Shown here: positions 18,401-29,120 of the stretch, piece after piece
Layout: each line of letters begins with the position of its first letter
Position numbering within the stretch: position 1 is the first letter of the stretch
From: an uncultured delta proteobacterium
GTDB lineage: Bacteria > Desulfobacterota > Binatia > UBA9968
DNA length: 64,000 nucleotides
Assembly (NCBI GenBank): GCA_963745035.1
Contig: CAVUVW010000013.1
Location: forward strand, 1,152,001 to 1,216,000
Direction of reading: 5' to 3'
Notes under the pieces: model-generated
Databases searched by the model: none
What the model was told of the DNA's origin: nothing
Seen by the model: the letters and a program-made list of their open reading frames with translations, nothing else
Made by a program: the position numbers and the translations under genes

Positions 18401-19512
18401 AACTCTCCGGAGTCGCGACACCGGAAGGCACGGACCGCTATCAAAAGCGCTTTGCCGGTCGAATACCGCCAGAGCATTTTCGCCAAACCCACGGACTCTG
18501 GGTGTCGTCCATCGGCATTGGCACCTATCTCGGCAATCATGACGAAGCCACCGACGAGCAATACCGCCAGGCGGTCGTCCGCGCCGTCGAGTCGGGCTGC
18601 AACGTCATCGACACGGCGATCAATTATCGTTGCCAGAGAAGCGAGCGCGCCATCGGGGCCGCGCTCAAGGAACTGGCCGCGCGCGGCTTCGATCGCAGCG
18701 AGGTCGTTATCGCAACCAAGGGCGGCTTTCTACCCTTCGACGGCGCGCCGCCCCAAGATCCGCACAGCTATTTCGAGCAGACTTTCGTCGGCACCGGCCT
18801 CGCCACGGCGGCGGAGATTGTCGGCGGATATCACTGCATGACGCCGCGCTACTTGAGCCATCAGCTCGACTGCAGCCTGCGCAATCTCGCGGTCGAAAGC
18901 ATCGACATCTATTACGTGCACAACCCGGAAAGCCAACTGGGGAAAATAGCGCGGGAGGAATTCGACGACCGGCTCTGCCGGGCGTTCGAAGCGCTGGAGC
19001 ACGCCGTCGCGGCGGGTAAGATCCGCATGTACGGCACCGCCACCTGGAACGGTTATCGCAACCCTGCCGACGCGGCCGACTATCTGTCCCTTGCCCACGT
19101 GGTCGCGCTGGCGGAAAAGGTCGGCGGCAAGGACCACCACTTCAAAGTGATCCAGTTGCCGCTCAATCTCGGCATGAGCGAGGCATTGTCGAGTGTAAAT
19201 CAACGAGCGGGTGGCAGGGACGCAACCTTGCTCGAAGCCGCCCAGACGCTCAACATCGCGGTCATGTGCAGCGCTTCCGTGCTACAGGGCCAGTTGACTC
19301 GTAATTTGCCGGAGATGATTCGCGATACGTTCCAGGGTTTGGAAACCGATGGCCAGCGTGCGCTTCAATTCGTTCGTTCCACGCCGGGCGTCACGACGGC
19401 GCTGGTGGGCATGAAGCAGTTGAGCCACGTCGAGGAGAATCTCAAGACCGCGCAAGCGCCGCCCGCGCCATGGGAGCAGTACTCGAAGCTGTTCCAGAGC
19501 GAGGCGCAGTAG
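18397..19512 (+). CDS. Aldo/keto reductase
   Basis: SSIGIGTYLG; DTAINYR; TKGG; YVHNPE; ATG overlaps DoxX stop. Confidence 0.9.
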   Translation: MKLSGVATPEGTDRYQKRFAGRIPPEHFRQTHGLWVSSIGIGTYLGNHDEATDEQYRQAVVRAVESGCNVIDTAINYRCQRSERAIGAALKELAARGFDRSEVVIATKGGFLPFDGAPPQDPHSYFEQTFVGTGLATAAEIVGGYHCMTPRYLSHQLDCSLRNLAVESIDIYYVHNPESQLGKIAREEFDDRLCRAFEALEHAVAAGKIRMYGTATWNGYRNPADAADYLSLAHVVALAEKVGGKDHHFKVIQLPLNLGMSEALSSVNQRAGGRDATLLEAAQTLNIAVMCSASVLQGQLTRNLPEMIRDTFQGLETDGQRALQFVRSTPGVTTALVGMKQLSHVEENLKTAQAPPAPWEQYSKLFQSEAQ

Positions 19513-19646
19513 TTCCCGCGCTTCCTTCGAGCAGCCGCGGGCTATTTGTTTTCGGAACTTTCGTAGGGGTGTATAGCGTACGCCCTCGCAGATGCTGAAC
19601 TTCACAAAACACGAGCGGCGTATTGAATTGACTTCTGAAGTGGAAA

Positions 19647-20591
19647 CTAATTGCCCGTAAGGTGATCCAGATCACCGAAAATCCACTCGAGCTTGTCGAG
19701 CGCGGCTCGAGGCAACGGCGGCTTTAGGATGGCTGCGATATTTTCTTTCAGGTGCGCGGGATTTCCCGTGCCGAAGAGCACAACGTCGATGCCCGGTTCA
19801 TGGCGACAAAAGCGATAGGCCGCCTCGGGTATGGTCCCCGCGCCGGTTTCTTCGAGCAAAAACCCCAAGGGATCGGCGCCTTCGAACGCGTCTTTAGCCA
19901 CCAGCCCCTTGGCGGCCAACTCGGCGCAGATCTCTTTTAATCGCTCCGGCTGGCTGAGGGCTCGGCGCACGGCAAACATGTTGAGCACCCCGGTGCCGTT
20001 GTCTTGGGTGAGCGGGAAAACCGTCTTGCGCCCAGAGGGATTCAGCAGGTTGAAGCCGACCATCACCACATCCCACAAATCTTCCTTGAGCCCGTCCTGC
20101 AAAACCGTGTGGGTCGGGTCGACCACGAATCCTTCCGTGACGCCGATGAAGCGAATCTTTCCTTGCTCCTTCAAGCGGCGCATCGCCGGCAGCAGGCGAT
20201 GTTTGGCGAAGTCATAGTCCTTAGGCTCCACGCCGTGCAGATGATACACGTCGATGTAGTCCGTGCCGATCAATTTCAAGCTTTCCTCGAGCCCTTTGAC
20301 GACTTCAGTTTCCGGATGGGAATGGTCGGCGGTCGGCAAGGTCTTCTTGGTCGAAATCACCAGCCGGTCGCGCGCTATCCCCGCGATCGCCTTGCCGACG
20401 ACCTCTTCGGTGCCGTAGTTTTGCGCGGTGTCTATAAAGTTGACGCCGAGATCGATCGCCTGCCGGATCAGCGCCACGGCGTGGTTTGCCGACTGCGGAT
20501 CATTGCGCATGCCGAGCCGGCTCGGCCCGCCGCAGCCCAGCCCGGCGACGCTGACCCTCAATCCGGTTCGTCCGAGAGTGGTAAATTCCAT
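19647..20591 (-). CDS. Aldo/keto reductase
   Basis: LGRTGLRVS; DTAQNYG; STK; YHLH. Confidence 0.92.
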   Translation of the reverse strand: MEFTTLGRTGLRVSVAGLGCGGPSRLGMRNDPQSANHAVALIRQAIDLGVNFIDTAQNYGTEEVVGKAIAGIARDRLVISTKKTLPTADHSHPETEVVKGLEESLKLIGTDYIDVYHLHGVEPKDYDFAKHRLLPAMRRLKEQGKIRFIGVTEGFVVDPTHTVLQDGLKEDLWDVVMVGFNLLNPSGRKTVFPLTQDNGTGVLNMFAVRRALSQPERLKEICAELAAKGLVAKDAFEGADPLGFLLEETGAGTIPEAAYRFCRHEPGIDVVLFGTGNPAHLKENIAAILKPPLPRAALDKLEWIFGDLDHLTGN

Positions 20592-20608
20592 AGGCTACCG
20601 ATTCCAGT

Positions 20609-20702
20609 CGTTCAAAACGTTCAAATAGTTCAAGCCGTTCAAAACGTTCCGGAGGTCCTTCTGACGACTTGAAGGTTTTGAACTATTGGAACGGCTTGAA
20701 CG
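20609..20702. repeat. Inverted 9-mer tandem arrays (CGTTCAAAA/TTGAACG)
   Basis: cgttcaaaa cgttcaaat agttcaagc cgttcaaaa cgttc, 19-nt spacer, ttgaaggtt ttgaactat tggaacggc ttgaacg. Confidence 0.8.
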
Positions 20703-20708
20703 CAACTA

Positions 20709-21167
20709 TTATTCCCATTCCACCTTTATACCCAGCACTTCGCCGGTCGCGCACACTTCGCCGCCTGCGCTTAGCGTGCAATTCACCCACGCTTTCCGTC
20801 CTTCGATCCTGGCTATGCGCGCGCGGAAGTGCGATCGCGCTCGCCGATCGGCGTCGGCTTGCGATACGAGACATTCAGGTTCGCCGTCACGTAGCCGATG
20901 CGCGGCGCGCTGCCGATGGGCCGCTGCTCGGCGCGATAGGCTTGCGCGATCGCCAGATTGAGGCTGTGGCAGTCGATCAGCGAAGCGATAATTCCGCCGT
21001 TGAGATTTTCCCGCGTGCCGCCGCAATGATGGGGTTGCGCGCGCCAGGTCGCCACCGCCTCGTCGCCGTCCCAGAAGCTCTTGATCCGCAGACCCCGCTC
21101 GTTGTCCGCGCCGCAGCCGTGGCAATGACTGCACCGCGCCCTGATCTTGGAAGGCGAGCTCGCTCAT
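20709..21167 (-). CDS. PaaI/hotdog-fold thioesterase with two compensating frameshifts
   Basis: Alternate frame gives CHGCGADNERGL..NGGIIASLIDCH..TANLNVSYRKPTP; C-terminus GRKAWVNCTL. Confidence 0.8.
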   Translation of the reverse strand: MSELAFQDQGAVQSLPRLRRGQRAGSADQELLGRRRGGGDLARATPSLRRHAGKSQRRNYRFADRLPQPQSGDRASLSRRAAAHRQRAAHRLRDGEPECLVSQADADRRARSHFRARIARIEGRKAWVNCTLSAGGEVCATGEVLGIKVEWE

Positions 21168-21176
21168 GCAGCCGCG

Positions 21177-21572
21177 CTATTTCGCCTTGTCGAAATTCAG
21201 CGAGGCGGAATTGATGCAATAGCGCAAGTTCGTCGGCTTGGGCCCGTCCTCGAAAACGTGGCCGAGATGGGCGCCGCATTTATTGCAGGTGACTTCGGTG
21301 CGCCGCATCATGAAGCTATGGTCGTCTTCGGTGGCGACGTTTTCTTCCGCCACCGGCGCCCAGAAGCTCGGCCAGCCGGTGCCGGAGTCGAACTTGGTAT
21401 CGGAGCTGAACAGCTCGTTGCCGCAGCAGGCGCAGCGGTACATGCCTTTGTCGTGATGGTCCCAATATTTGCCGGTAAAAGCGCGCTCGGTGCCCTTCTG
21501 CCGGCAGACCTGAAACTGCTCGTCGGTCAGCTCCTTGCGCCACTCCTCTTCGGATTTTTTTATTTTTTCCAT
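21177..21572 (-). CDS. msrB: Peptide-methionine (R)-S-oxide reductase
   Basis: GTERAFTG; [11 protein letters not shown]; [10 protein letters not shown]; RYCINS. Confidence 0.96.
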   Translation of the reverse strand: MEKIKKSEEEWRKELTDEQFQVCRQKGTERAFTGKYWDHHDKGMYRCACCGNELFSSDTKFDSGTGWPSFWAPVAEENVATEDDHSFMMRRTEVTCNKCGAHLGHVFEDGPKPTNLRYCINSASLNFDKAK

Positions 21573-21603
21573 ATCGCGCTCCTTGCGGTTTGCGCGCCGC
21601 GGC

Positions 21604-22095
21604 TCAGCGCTGCATGTTGATGAACTGCAGCGGAATCGGCAGCGGGCTTGCGCGCAGCAGTTGAATGACTTCCTGCAGATCGTCGATTTTTTTGCCCGTG
21701 ACCCGGACTTGGTTCTCCTGAATCGCCGCCTGAACTTTGAGCTTGCGCTCCTTGATCATCTTGACGATGCTGCGCGCGGTGTCCGAATCGACCCCTTCCT
21801 TGATCGCCAGCTCGCGCTGGATCATGCCGTGCGCCGCCGGCTCGGCTGGCTTGGGCTCGAGAAATTTCCGGTCGACCTTGCGTTTGACCAAATTTTCGAT
21901 CAGCGAGTCCTGGACCGCGCGCAGCTTCATATCGTCTTCGGTGGTCACGTGGATTTTCTTTTCCTTCTTGTCCAACGTGATTTCGGTTTTCGAGTTGCGA
22001 AAATCGTAGCGCGAGAGGATGGTTTTCCTGGTGACGTTGACCGCGTTGTCGATTTCCTGGACGTCGACTCGGCTCACGATATCGAATGACGGCAT
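21604..22095 (-). CDS. yajQ: YajQ family c-di-GMP-binding protein
   Basis: [29 protein letters not shown]. Confidence 0.93.
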   Translation of the reverse strand: MPSFDIVSRVDVQEIDNAVNVTRKTILSRYDFRNSKTEITLDKKEKKIHVTTEDDMKLRAVQDSLIENLVKRKVDRKFLEPKPAEPAAHGMIQRELAIKEGVDSDTARSIVKMIKERKLKVQAAIQENQVRVTGKKIDDLQEVIQLLRASPLPIPLQFINMQR

Positions 22096-22112
22096 GGTGC
22101 GGCGCTCCGCGG

Positions 22113-22636
22113 TTAGACGCGTCCCCGGCGACTTCGGTTGCGGCTCTTCCGCTTGACCGCGCGCCGCGGCTGGGCCGGACCTTTGGCACGTTTGCCGGCT
22201 GCCGTTCCCACGCAGAACAAAATCGAGAATATCGCTGCGCGTGATGATGCCGACGAGATCTTTGTTTTTCATCACCGGCAGCGAGCCGATCCGATGACGC
22301 CGCAGCAGCGCCACAGCGGTCATCAACGGAGTGTCCGGCTGCACGATGAAAACGTCGTGAGTCATCACCGTCTCAACCGTGACTTTCTCCGCGAACTTAT
22401 CGATCTCCTTCGGTCCGATCGATCATCAGGCTGGTCGGATAGGCGTCGCGGATATCGCGGTCGGTCACGATGCCGACGAGATTGTCGTTATCGAGCACCG
22501 GGAGCTGGTTGACCCGGTGCTTGGCCATCAACTGCCGGGCGACGGCGATGCTATCGAAGGTCTCCACCGCCAGCACGCTTTTGGTCATCCAATCCGACAC
22601 GCGAATAGACTTTTCACTGCTGGTTTTCGCCGCCAT
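22113..22636 (-). CDS. CBS domain pair protein (AcuB-like), frameshifted
   Basis: VSDWMT..LPVL..VGIVTDRDI and VMTHDV..IGSLPV..VGIITRSDI; frameshifts ~22405 and probably ~22195; basic tail stops at 22113. Confidence 0.8.
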
Positions 22637-23557
22637 TACTTCTGCTCCACCCGGTATCCTTTGACTTTCAACATCTCGATCACGCTGTCCTTGCCGACCA
22701 CGTGAGCCGCCCCGATCACGACCATCGCACCGCTCTCCTGGCCGATCAGCTTCTCGATCTCGCCAACCCAGCGGCGGTTGCGCTCGACCAGAACCTTTTC
22801 GTAAAGGTCGGGATATTCCCGCATTCCGGCCAGGAGCAAGGAAGCCAAGCCGTCGGCGTCGCCCTTGAGCCAGGTTGCCACGATGTCGTTGATCTTTTTG
22901 TCCAGCCGCTCCAGCTCTTCGACGGTCTCGCGCAGCATCGACTCCTGCTCTTTGGCGGACAGCCGGTCGAAAACACTCAGTTGCGATTCCAGCGTCTCCA
23001 ATCCGGCGGTCGGCTTGCCGCTGCTTTTGGCGTGCGCCGCCAGATGGCGGTCAACACCCAGTCTCGGTTCCAGTCCCATGCGTTGGAGCTGGATCGCCAT
23101 CATCGTCAAAGCAGCGAACCAAGGCTTCATGGGATTCAAAATGCGCATGTCGAGCCCCAGCTCATTGGCCCGGCGCGCGGCGCAGCTCGTAGGTTTCCGC
23201 GCTGACGTTCTTAGCCAGCGTCGAGCCGTCGCGATAGACGGCTTTCTCCACGGTCACCTTTTGCGCGGATTCCGCCGAGGCGGTGTTGAGATCGATCTCC
23301 AAAATCAACTTTTTGCTTCCATCGAGCGCGTTGAGAATCGTCGCGTGGAGTGGGTAGTGCTCCTGGCGCAGGTAGTGGATGGAGCCCAGGAGATACATGC
23401 TGTTGCCATCGCGGCTCACCTGCCACAGAAGGCTCTTCTCCTGCGCCGGCGCGCTTTCCGCCGTCGCGAGCCACCCCGCGAGCGCCATGAAAACAAAATA
23501 CCGCCCGGCCGAGCGATACAGCCGTCCCGGAGCGATGATCGTGATCAGGGTGCGCAT
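22636..23557 (-). CDS. TraB/GumN family protein, frameshifted
   Basis: LLWQV..YLLGSIH..EIDL then GVDRHL..GLET..QL..ERN..IGAAH; split near 23185. Confidence 0.85.
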
Positions 23558-23742
23558 GTTCAGCGAATCCTCAATGAAAACGGCGGCGGCACGCGAAAAA
23601 ATTTTGAGTGAAATGTACCCTTTCCCGACCGTTTTGACCAGACTTGACGGCAGGAAATCATCTAACCGGCGCGAGCCGCGCGCAGTCAAGCAATCGACCG
23701 AGGCATGAAATCATCGGGAGACGAGCGGGAATGCGGACGAAA

Positions 23743-24066
23743 TCACCACTCGAGGCGGATGCAAATCTCTTCGCCCCGCTCTTCCGCCGGCAGGACGGTC
23801 AGCGGCGCCGCGCCCTTGGGCAAAGTACACTCGCCGGATTTGAGATCGTAGCAGTAACTGTGGTTGTTGCAGCGCAGGAGACCGCCGGCGAGAAGCTGTC
23901 CGGCGGTTTTGAGGTCCGCTTCTTCGTGCGGGCAGGTTCGCGAGAACGCGAAGTACTGTCCCTCGACGAGCGTCAGGAGCACCTGACGCCCGCCGAGATC
24001 GACTTCCTTCATAATGCCGGGGGTTAATTCGCCGACGCGGGCAACCGGAATGTAGCTGACTCCCAT
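23743..24066 (-). CDS. Rieske [2Fe-2S] ferredoxin
   Basis: CPH...CNNH..YDLKSG. Confidence 0.85.
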   Translation of the reverse strand: MGVSYIPVARVGELTPGIMKEVDLGGRQVLLTLVEGQYFAFSRTCPHEEADLKTAGQLLAGGLLRCNNHSYCYDLKSGECTLPKGAAPLTVLPAEERGEEICIRLEW

Positions 24067-24070
24067 CCGA

Positions 24071-25774
24071 TTACGCTGCGGCTTTCTGTTGGCGATAGAG
24101 CGGGCCGCGCAAAACTTGACCGGGCAGATCGCCGGTCATGCGGCCCTGGTCGTTGATCACCGTTCCGTTGACGATCGTGTAATGCATGCCGACGGCGCGC
24201 TGGACCATTCGTTTGGTGTTGGCCGGAAAATCATTCGCCCACTCCGGCTCCTCGGCGTTGACCGTCTGCGGGTCGAAGATCGCGATGTCTGCGGCGTAGC
24301 CGGAGCGCAGCAAGCCGCGGCCTTCCAGTCCGAAAATCGAAGCCGGGTGAAAAGTCAATTTATGGACGGCCTGCTCGAGCGACATCACCTGGCGCTCGCG
24401 CACCCACAACCCAAGCAAAATCGTGCCGTAGCCGAAGTCGGCGCCGAAGAGGACATGCGCGCCGGCATCCGACGTGCCGACCAGCACGTAGGGGCTGCGC
24501 AAAATTTCGCCCATGGCGTTCCAGTCGCCGCCGTTGTTGGCGTTCCAGAAGATCGTCTCCAGATTTTCTTCCAAGGCGAGATCGAGGAAAGCATCGAGCG
24601 GCGCTTGATTGCGCATCGTCGCGAGCTCGGCCAGCGTCTTGCCGGTGTATTTCTGGTTTTCCGGCTTGAACGTCTTTTCGACCTTCGGGATATCCCAGCG
24701 CTTGTGGTAATTGGTCGGCCGCGGATCGTTCAGGTCCGCGAGCAGCTTCTTGCGCGTGTCGGGATCGGCGAGTGCCTGCTTGCGTACTTCCACCGGCAGG
24801 AACATCAGGTTTTTCCAAACCGGGAACTCGTCGAAGATCTGGCAGTCCTTTAAAGTGAAATGGCGAACCAGCGGCACGGTGTGCGACAAGCCGTAGGCCT
24901 GATAGCCGGCTTTGAAGATCGGCTCGACGGCGCTCAGCTGCTCACGCCAGAGATTGGGCTCGGCCCAGCGATGCTGCAAGCTTTGCCAGAGAATCGGCCG
25001 CTGGGTGCGTTTGGCGAGCTCGTGATACCACTCGAAGTGCTCGACCTTGTTGCGCCCGAGGATGGTTTCGATCACGCCGGCGTTGCGCTCGGCCAAGACA
25101 TCGCACAACGCAAAAAATTCTTCATCGTCGGCGAGCCGGCTCGCCACCGGCTTGCCGTCCTCGCGCATGTGGCGGTCGTTCCGGTTGGTCGACATCCCCA
25201 GTGCGCCGCCTTCCATCGCTTCCAACACCAAGCCGCGCATCTTTTGCACTTCCGCGCCGGTGGCTTTGCGCTCGACGGCGTCTTCGCCCATGACGTTGTG
25301 GCGCACGGCGATATGTCCGACCAGGCCGCCGACGTTGATGCCGACCTTGCCTTCGAAGTTATCGAGATACTCGCCATAGCTCTGCCAGTTCCACTTGACG
25401 CCTTGCTCCAAGGCGACTCGCGGCATCGCTTCGACGCGCACAAAACTCTTGACGATCGCGTCTTCGATGCCGGTTCTGCGCGGCGCCAGGGACAGACCGC
25501 AGTTGCCCATCACGACCGAGGTGATGCCGTGCTGCGGCTCGCAAGTGCCGTAAGGGTCCCAGAGCATCTGCGCGTCCAGATGAGTGTGATGGTCGATGAA
25601 GCCCGGCGCCACCGCCAAGCCGGCGGCGTCGATGGTGCGCGCCGCGCTGTCTTTCAGCCGTCCCACTTCGGCGATTTTGCCGTCTTTCACTCCAACGTCG
25701 GCAACATAAGAAGGCAAACCCGAGCCGTCGACGACACGCCCGCCGCGAATGATCAGATCGTAAGCCATGTGCAT
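24071..25774 (-). CDS. Amidohydrolase (N-acyl-D-amino-acid deacylase family)
   Basis: PGFIDHHTHLD; GNCG; SDAGAH. Confidence 0.9.
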   Translation of the reverse strand: MHMAYDLIIRGGRVVDGSGLPSYVADVGVKDGKIAEVGRLKDSAARTIDAAGLAVAPGFIDHHTHLDAQMLWDPYGTCEPQHGITSVVMGNCGLSLAPRRTGIEDAIVKSFVRVEAMPRVALEQGVKWNWQSYGEYLDNFEGKVGINVGGLVGHIAVRHNVMGEDAVERKATGAEVQKMRGLVLEAMEGGALGMSTNRNDRHMREDGKPVASRLADDEEFFALCDVLAERNAGVIETILGRNKVEHFEWYHELAKRTQRPILWQSLQHRWAEPNLWREQLSAVEPIFKAGYQAYGLSHTVPLVRHFTLKDCQIFDEFPVWKNLMFLPVEVRKQALADPDTRKKLLADLNDPRPTNYHKRWDIPKVEKTFKPENQKYTGKTLAELATMRNQAPLDAFLDLALEENLETIFWNANNGGDWNAMGEILRSPYVLVGTSDAGAHVLFGADFGYGTILLGLWVRERQVMSLEQAVHKLTFHPASIFGLEGRGLLRSGYAADIAIFDPQTVNAEEPEWANDFPANTKRMVQRAVGMHYTIVNGTVINDQGRMTGDLPGQVLRGPLYRQQKAAA

Positions 25775-25901
25775 TTCCTCCCGTGAAGTTAGCGCGCTCG
25801 TGTGGGACTTTCTTTATTATTCAACGCAACATACGCAATGACAAGAAGCCCGTCAATCGCAGCCGCGATCTGAAACCGCAGCGCCGGCAGCATCGTGCAG
25901 T

Positions 25902-26135
25902 TCAATGCAAGAAAATCCGCGCGTAAGTTTCCAGGCCCAGCCCAAGCAAAACGAGAGAAAGACCGCGCAGAAATGCCTTCAGCGCCGGATTCTCCGGTTC
26001 ACGGCCGATCATTTTAAGCTCCGCCGGTGGCTGGTAGTCGCGTATGAGGTTCATCGAACTTTTCATCCAGATCGCGCCGATGAGACCGATCACAAAGCCG
26101 GTTCCTTCGATGTCCACGCTTCGCTCCTCGCGCAA
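25902..26135 (-). CDS. Small hypothetical membrane protein
   Basis: Two hydrophobic segments; directly follows the GFA gene. Confidence 0.45.
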   Translation of the reverse strand: MREERSVDIEGTGFVIGLIGAIWMKSSMNLIRDYQPPAELKMIGREPENPALKAFLRGLSLVLLGLGLETYARIFLH

Positions 26136-26138
26136 GTT

Positions 26139-26543
26139 CTATTCGCTGGAAAGATGGGCCAATTCGGTCCCGTGTTGCTCCCAGTTTTGGCCGTCGAATT
26201 GGACGATCCGCAAGGACTTCACCGTGCCCGGGTCGAGACAGCGCGCGTTAACGCTGTAACCGTTGGGGTTGGAGCGCGGCACGTAAAACGATTTGATGCC
26301 GCAAACTTTGCAGAACAGATGCTTGGCGACACCGGTGTTGAAGGTGTACTGCGCCAGCTCGTCTGCGCCTTGCAACAGCCGAAAGCGCGACTTGGGAACA
26401 ATGAGATGAAGAAATCCGGTCTTGCCGCACATCGAGCAGTTGCACTCGCGCGCTTCGATCTCGGCCGGCGCCTCGACTTCGAACCGCACCCGGCCGCAAT
26501 GACAGCCGCCGGCGTGCTTCACGCGAGGAGTTGGATCAGTCAT
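26139..26543 (-). CDS. GFA (glutathione-dependent formaldehyde-activating/CENP-V) family protein
   Basis: GGCHCG; CNCSMC; FCKVCG. Confidence 0.92.
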   Translation of the reverse strand: MTDPTPRVKHAGGCHCGRVRFEVEAPAEIEARECNCSMCGKTGFLHLIVPKSRFRLLQGADELAQYTFNTGVAKHLFCKVCGIKSFYVPRSNPNGYSVNARCLDPGTVKSLRIVQFDGQNWEQHGTELAHLSSE

Positions 26544-26603
26544 CGCGCGGCTACTCTGCTAGGGATAAGAATCGGATAAAACGAGCCAAAGTAATCTGTT
26601 TCG

Positions 26604-27632
26604 CTAAGCCGCGGCTTCCATTTCCTTACTGTAGGCGCCGCTTCGAGCGGCGCTGTTCATTTTGGCCCGATGATAGAAGATCTTCTGCGCCGCCGCGACG
26701 TTGCCCGCCTCGCCCTTCCAGGCTTTGAGCGCCGGATCTTGAAGCGCGCGCGCGTACGAGAACGTTACTTCCCACGGATGCGGACCGAGCTTGTTCATCG
26801 CATTTAAATGTTCGGTGGCGCTGACCGCGCTTTGGCCGCCGGATAAAAAAGCGATGCCGGGGACCGCCGCGGGAACGGCGCTCTTGAGACAGCGCATCGT
26901 CCTCTCGGCCACTTCGTCGACACCGGCTTGGCGCGGATTGTCCTTGCCGGAAACCACCATGCTCGGTTTGAGGACCATGCCTTCGAGATGGATGCGCTGC
27001 TCGGCCAACTCCGCGAAAGTGATGCGCAGCGTTTCTTCGGTAACATCCTGGCAGCGCTCGATGCTGTGGTTGCCGTCGAGCAAGACTTCCGGCTCCACGA
27101 TCGGAACGATGCCCGCCTCCTGGCACAGCGCCGCGTAGCGCGCCAGGGCGTGAGCGTTGGCCTTGAGGCAGGTGAAAGTAGGGATGGCGTCGCCGATCGT
27201 GATGACCGCGCGCCATTTGGCGAATTTGGCGCCGAGCTCTTTATATTCTTTCAGCCGCCCGCGCAATCCGTCCAAGCCTTCCGTGACGACCTCGCCGGGA
27301 AACCCGGGAATATCCACGGGCCCCTTGTCTACTTTGATGCCCGGCAGGATGCCTTTTTTCTCCAACAGCCTGGGAAAGGGCGTGCCGTCATTGGCGTCGG
27401 TGCGCAGGGTTTCATCGAAAAGAATCACGCCGCTGATCGCCTCCTCGACGCCGCGCGTGGTGAAAAGCATGTCGCGGTACGCCCGCCGATTGATCTCGTT
27501 CGATTCTATCTTGATGCTGTCGAACCGCCGCTTGATCGTGCCCATGCTTTCATCCGCGGCGAGAATCCCTTTGCCCTTCGCCACCATCGCCCGAGCGACG
27601 TTTTCCAATTCTTGCTTCGACATAGCGTTCAC
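26604..27632 (-). CDS. Fructose-bisphosphate aldolase class I (eukaryote-like family)
   Basis: GILAADES; GIKVDKG; FAKWR; VPIVEPEV; LKPSM; FLSGGQ; FSYARALQ. Confidence 0.95.
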   Translation of the reverse strand: MNAMSKQELENVARAMVAKGKGILAADESMGTIKRRFDSIKIESNEINRRAYRDMLFTTRGVEEAISGVILFDETLRTDANDGTPFPRLLEKKGILPGIKVDKGPVDIPGFPGEVVTEGLDGLRGRLKEYKELGAKFAKWRAVITIGDAIPTFTCLKANAHALARYAALCQEAGIVPIVEPEVLLDGNHSIERCQDVTEETLRITFAELAEQRIHLEGMVLKPSMVVSGKDNPRQAGVDEVAERTMRCLKSAVPAAVPGIAFLSGGQSAVSATEHLNAMNKLGPHPWEVTFSYARALQDPALKAWKGEAGNVAAAQKIFYHRAKMNSAARSGAYSKEMEAAA

Positions 27633-27740
27633 TCCTTCTCGCTTTTTTGAACGATGAAATTGCCTTCATCTTTGCATTCCGTCAAAACCCGCGCAAGCCT
27701 CTTCCCTGCCCATCGCCGCTTTGATAGCCTACTTAGAAGG

Positions 27741-28076
27741 ATGTTCGACCTGCTCATTCATTGGTTTCTCAGCTCCGCGAGCCTCCTGATCGTCGCGTTT
27801 CTGTTTCAAGGCATCGAAGTGAGCGGTCTCGGCGCGGCGCTGATCGCGCCAATTGTCATCGGCCTTATCAACGCGACGCTTGGCCTCGTGCTGAAAATTA
27901 TTACCCTGCCTCTTACCCTGCTCACGTTGGGAATTTTCTGGCTGATCATCAACGCGCTCATGCTGCAGCTTGCCGCCGCCGTGGTGCCGGGATTTTACGT
28001 TGCCGGTTTTCTTTCGGCGTTTTTCGGCGCCATCGTGTTGAGCATCATCAATATGCTGCTGCGCTCGCTGGTCTGA
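27741..28076 (+). CDS. Four-TM phage holin family (YvlD-like) membrane protein
   Basis: GLINA..LKIITLPLTLLTLGIFWLIINA. Confidence 0.88.
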   Translation: MFDLLIHWFLSSASLLIVAFLFQGIEVSGLGAALIAPIVIGLINATLGLVLKIITLPLTLLTLGIFWLIINALMLQLAAAVVPGFYVAGFLSAFFGAIVLSIINMLLRSLV

Positions 28077-28089
28077 AGCGTTCTTAAGT

Positions 28090-28974
28090 TCATTTCGCCG
28101 GCAGACCGGTCGCCTCGGACCAGTAGCTCGGATCGTAGAACCGCTCCGGCGGATCGAGCGGCGGCCGGTAAACGCCCATCTCTTTGCGCAGCTCGATCAC
28201 TGTCCGGAGCGCCTGCGGATTGATGCGCGCCTTGGGCACCACTTTCCGGTAGGCGTCCTCGGAGCCTGCGCGCGTGAGCTTTTCCTTCTCCATCACCAGC
28301 GCGATGGTCTCCTCGCGATTGTCCGGCGCCAGCAACCAATCCGTCGCCGCCGCCCAGGCGCGGATAAAGCGCACCACAAGCTCCCGGTGCTCGACCAGCC
28401 ACGGGCGCAGGGTCCAGCCGCAGTTGAGCGGCCAGCCCGGCACATACTTTTCCGCATTGGCCAGCAGCACGCCGCCGGCGGCCAACGCCTTGTCCGAAGC
28501 CGGCGGGGTCAGCATGGCGGCAGCCACGCGGCCCTGCAAAAACGCTTCGAGCCGCACCGGCGAGCTGCCGATGATTTCGATTGCGTACTCGTTGTCGTCC
28601 ATGCCGTGGGTGCGCAGGATCTTTTTGCGAATGAGATCGAGATTGGAATCGCCGGGGTCGCCGGCCAGCGTTTTGCCGCGCAGCTTCTCGATCGCATCGA
28701 CGCCGGGCTGGCCGATCAGATAGGCGCTCAGGCCCTCTTCGGACTGCATGAACAGCATATAGTCGACGCCGTCGGTGGTGGTGCGCGCAATCATCGTATC
28801 GGCGCTGCTCAAAGTAAAATCCCAACGCCCTTCGGCCATGCCGCGATTGTGATCCGGCGCGTACGTGGTGTGATGAAACCTCACTTCGAGATTCTCCTTG
28901 GCGAAAAACCCCTTGTGCTCCGCGATCACATGGGGTGTTCGCCGCTGATAACCGGTCACGCTCAGTACGTCCAT
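28090..28974 (-). CDS. NMT1/SsuA-like substrate-binding protein, no evident signal peptide
   Basis: AEHKGFFAKENLEV; LRGKTLA; LVVRFIRAW. Confidence 0.8.
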   Translation of the reverse strand: MDVLSVTGYQRRTPHVIAEHKGFFAKENLEVRFHHTTYAPDHNRGMAEGRWDFTLSSADTMIARTTTDGVDYMLFMQSEEGLSAYLIGQPGVDAIEKLRGKTLAGDPGDSNLDLIRKKILRTHGMDDNEYAIEIIGSSPVRLEAFLQGRVAAAMLTPPASDKALAAGGVLLANAEKYVPGWPLNCGWTLRPWLVEHRELVVRFIRAWAAATDWLLAPDNREETIALVMEKEKLTRAGSEDAYRKVVPKARINPQALRTVIELRKEMGVYRPPLDPPERFYDPSYWSEATGLPAK

Positions 28975-29060
28975 ACAGCCTCCCGATTTGCTCCTTCTAT
29001 CGCCCCGCAGAGTCTCACTCAAGCCCAATCGGTTGGGTTTACAGCCAAATCCGGATAACC

Positions 29061-29103
29061 TAACCCAATACTCCAACACTCCACTGCTCCATCACTCCAA
29101 TCC
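29061..29103. repeat. 8-mer tandem array (ACTCCANN type), single arm
   Basis: cccaatactccaacactccactgctccatcactccaatcc. Confidence 0.75.
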
Positions 29104-29120
29104 TGTAAAGGAGTTCCTGC

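Noticed and set aside
20609-20702. CRISPR array
   Set aside because: Units are 7-9 bp with no unique spacers, and there are no cas genes; the same applies to the other arrays.
21604-22368. Apparent CBS-YajQ fusion ORF
   Set aside because: YajQ has its own MPSFDIVS start with an upstream GGAG. The CBS gene has a plausible basic tail ending at 22113 in another frame, so the fusion is probably an indel artefact.
27741-28076. Prophage suggested by holin-family gene
   Set aside because: This family is commonly chromosomal, and no other phage genes are present.
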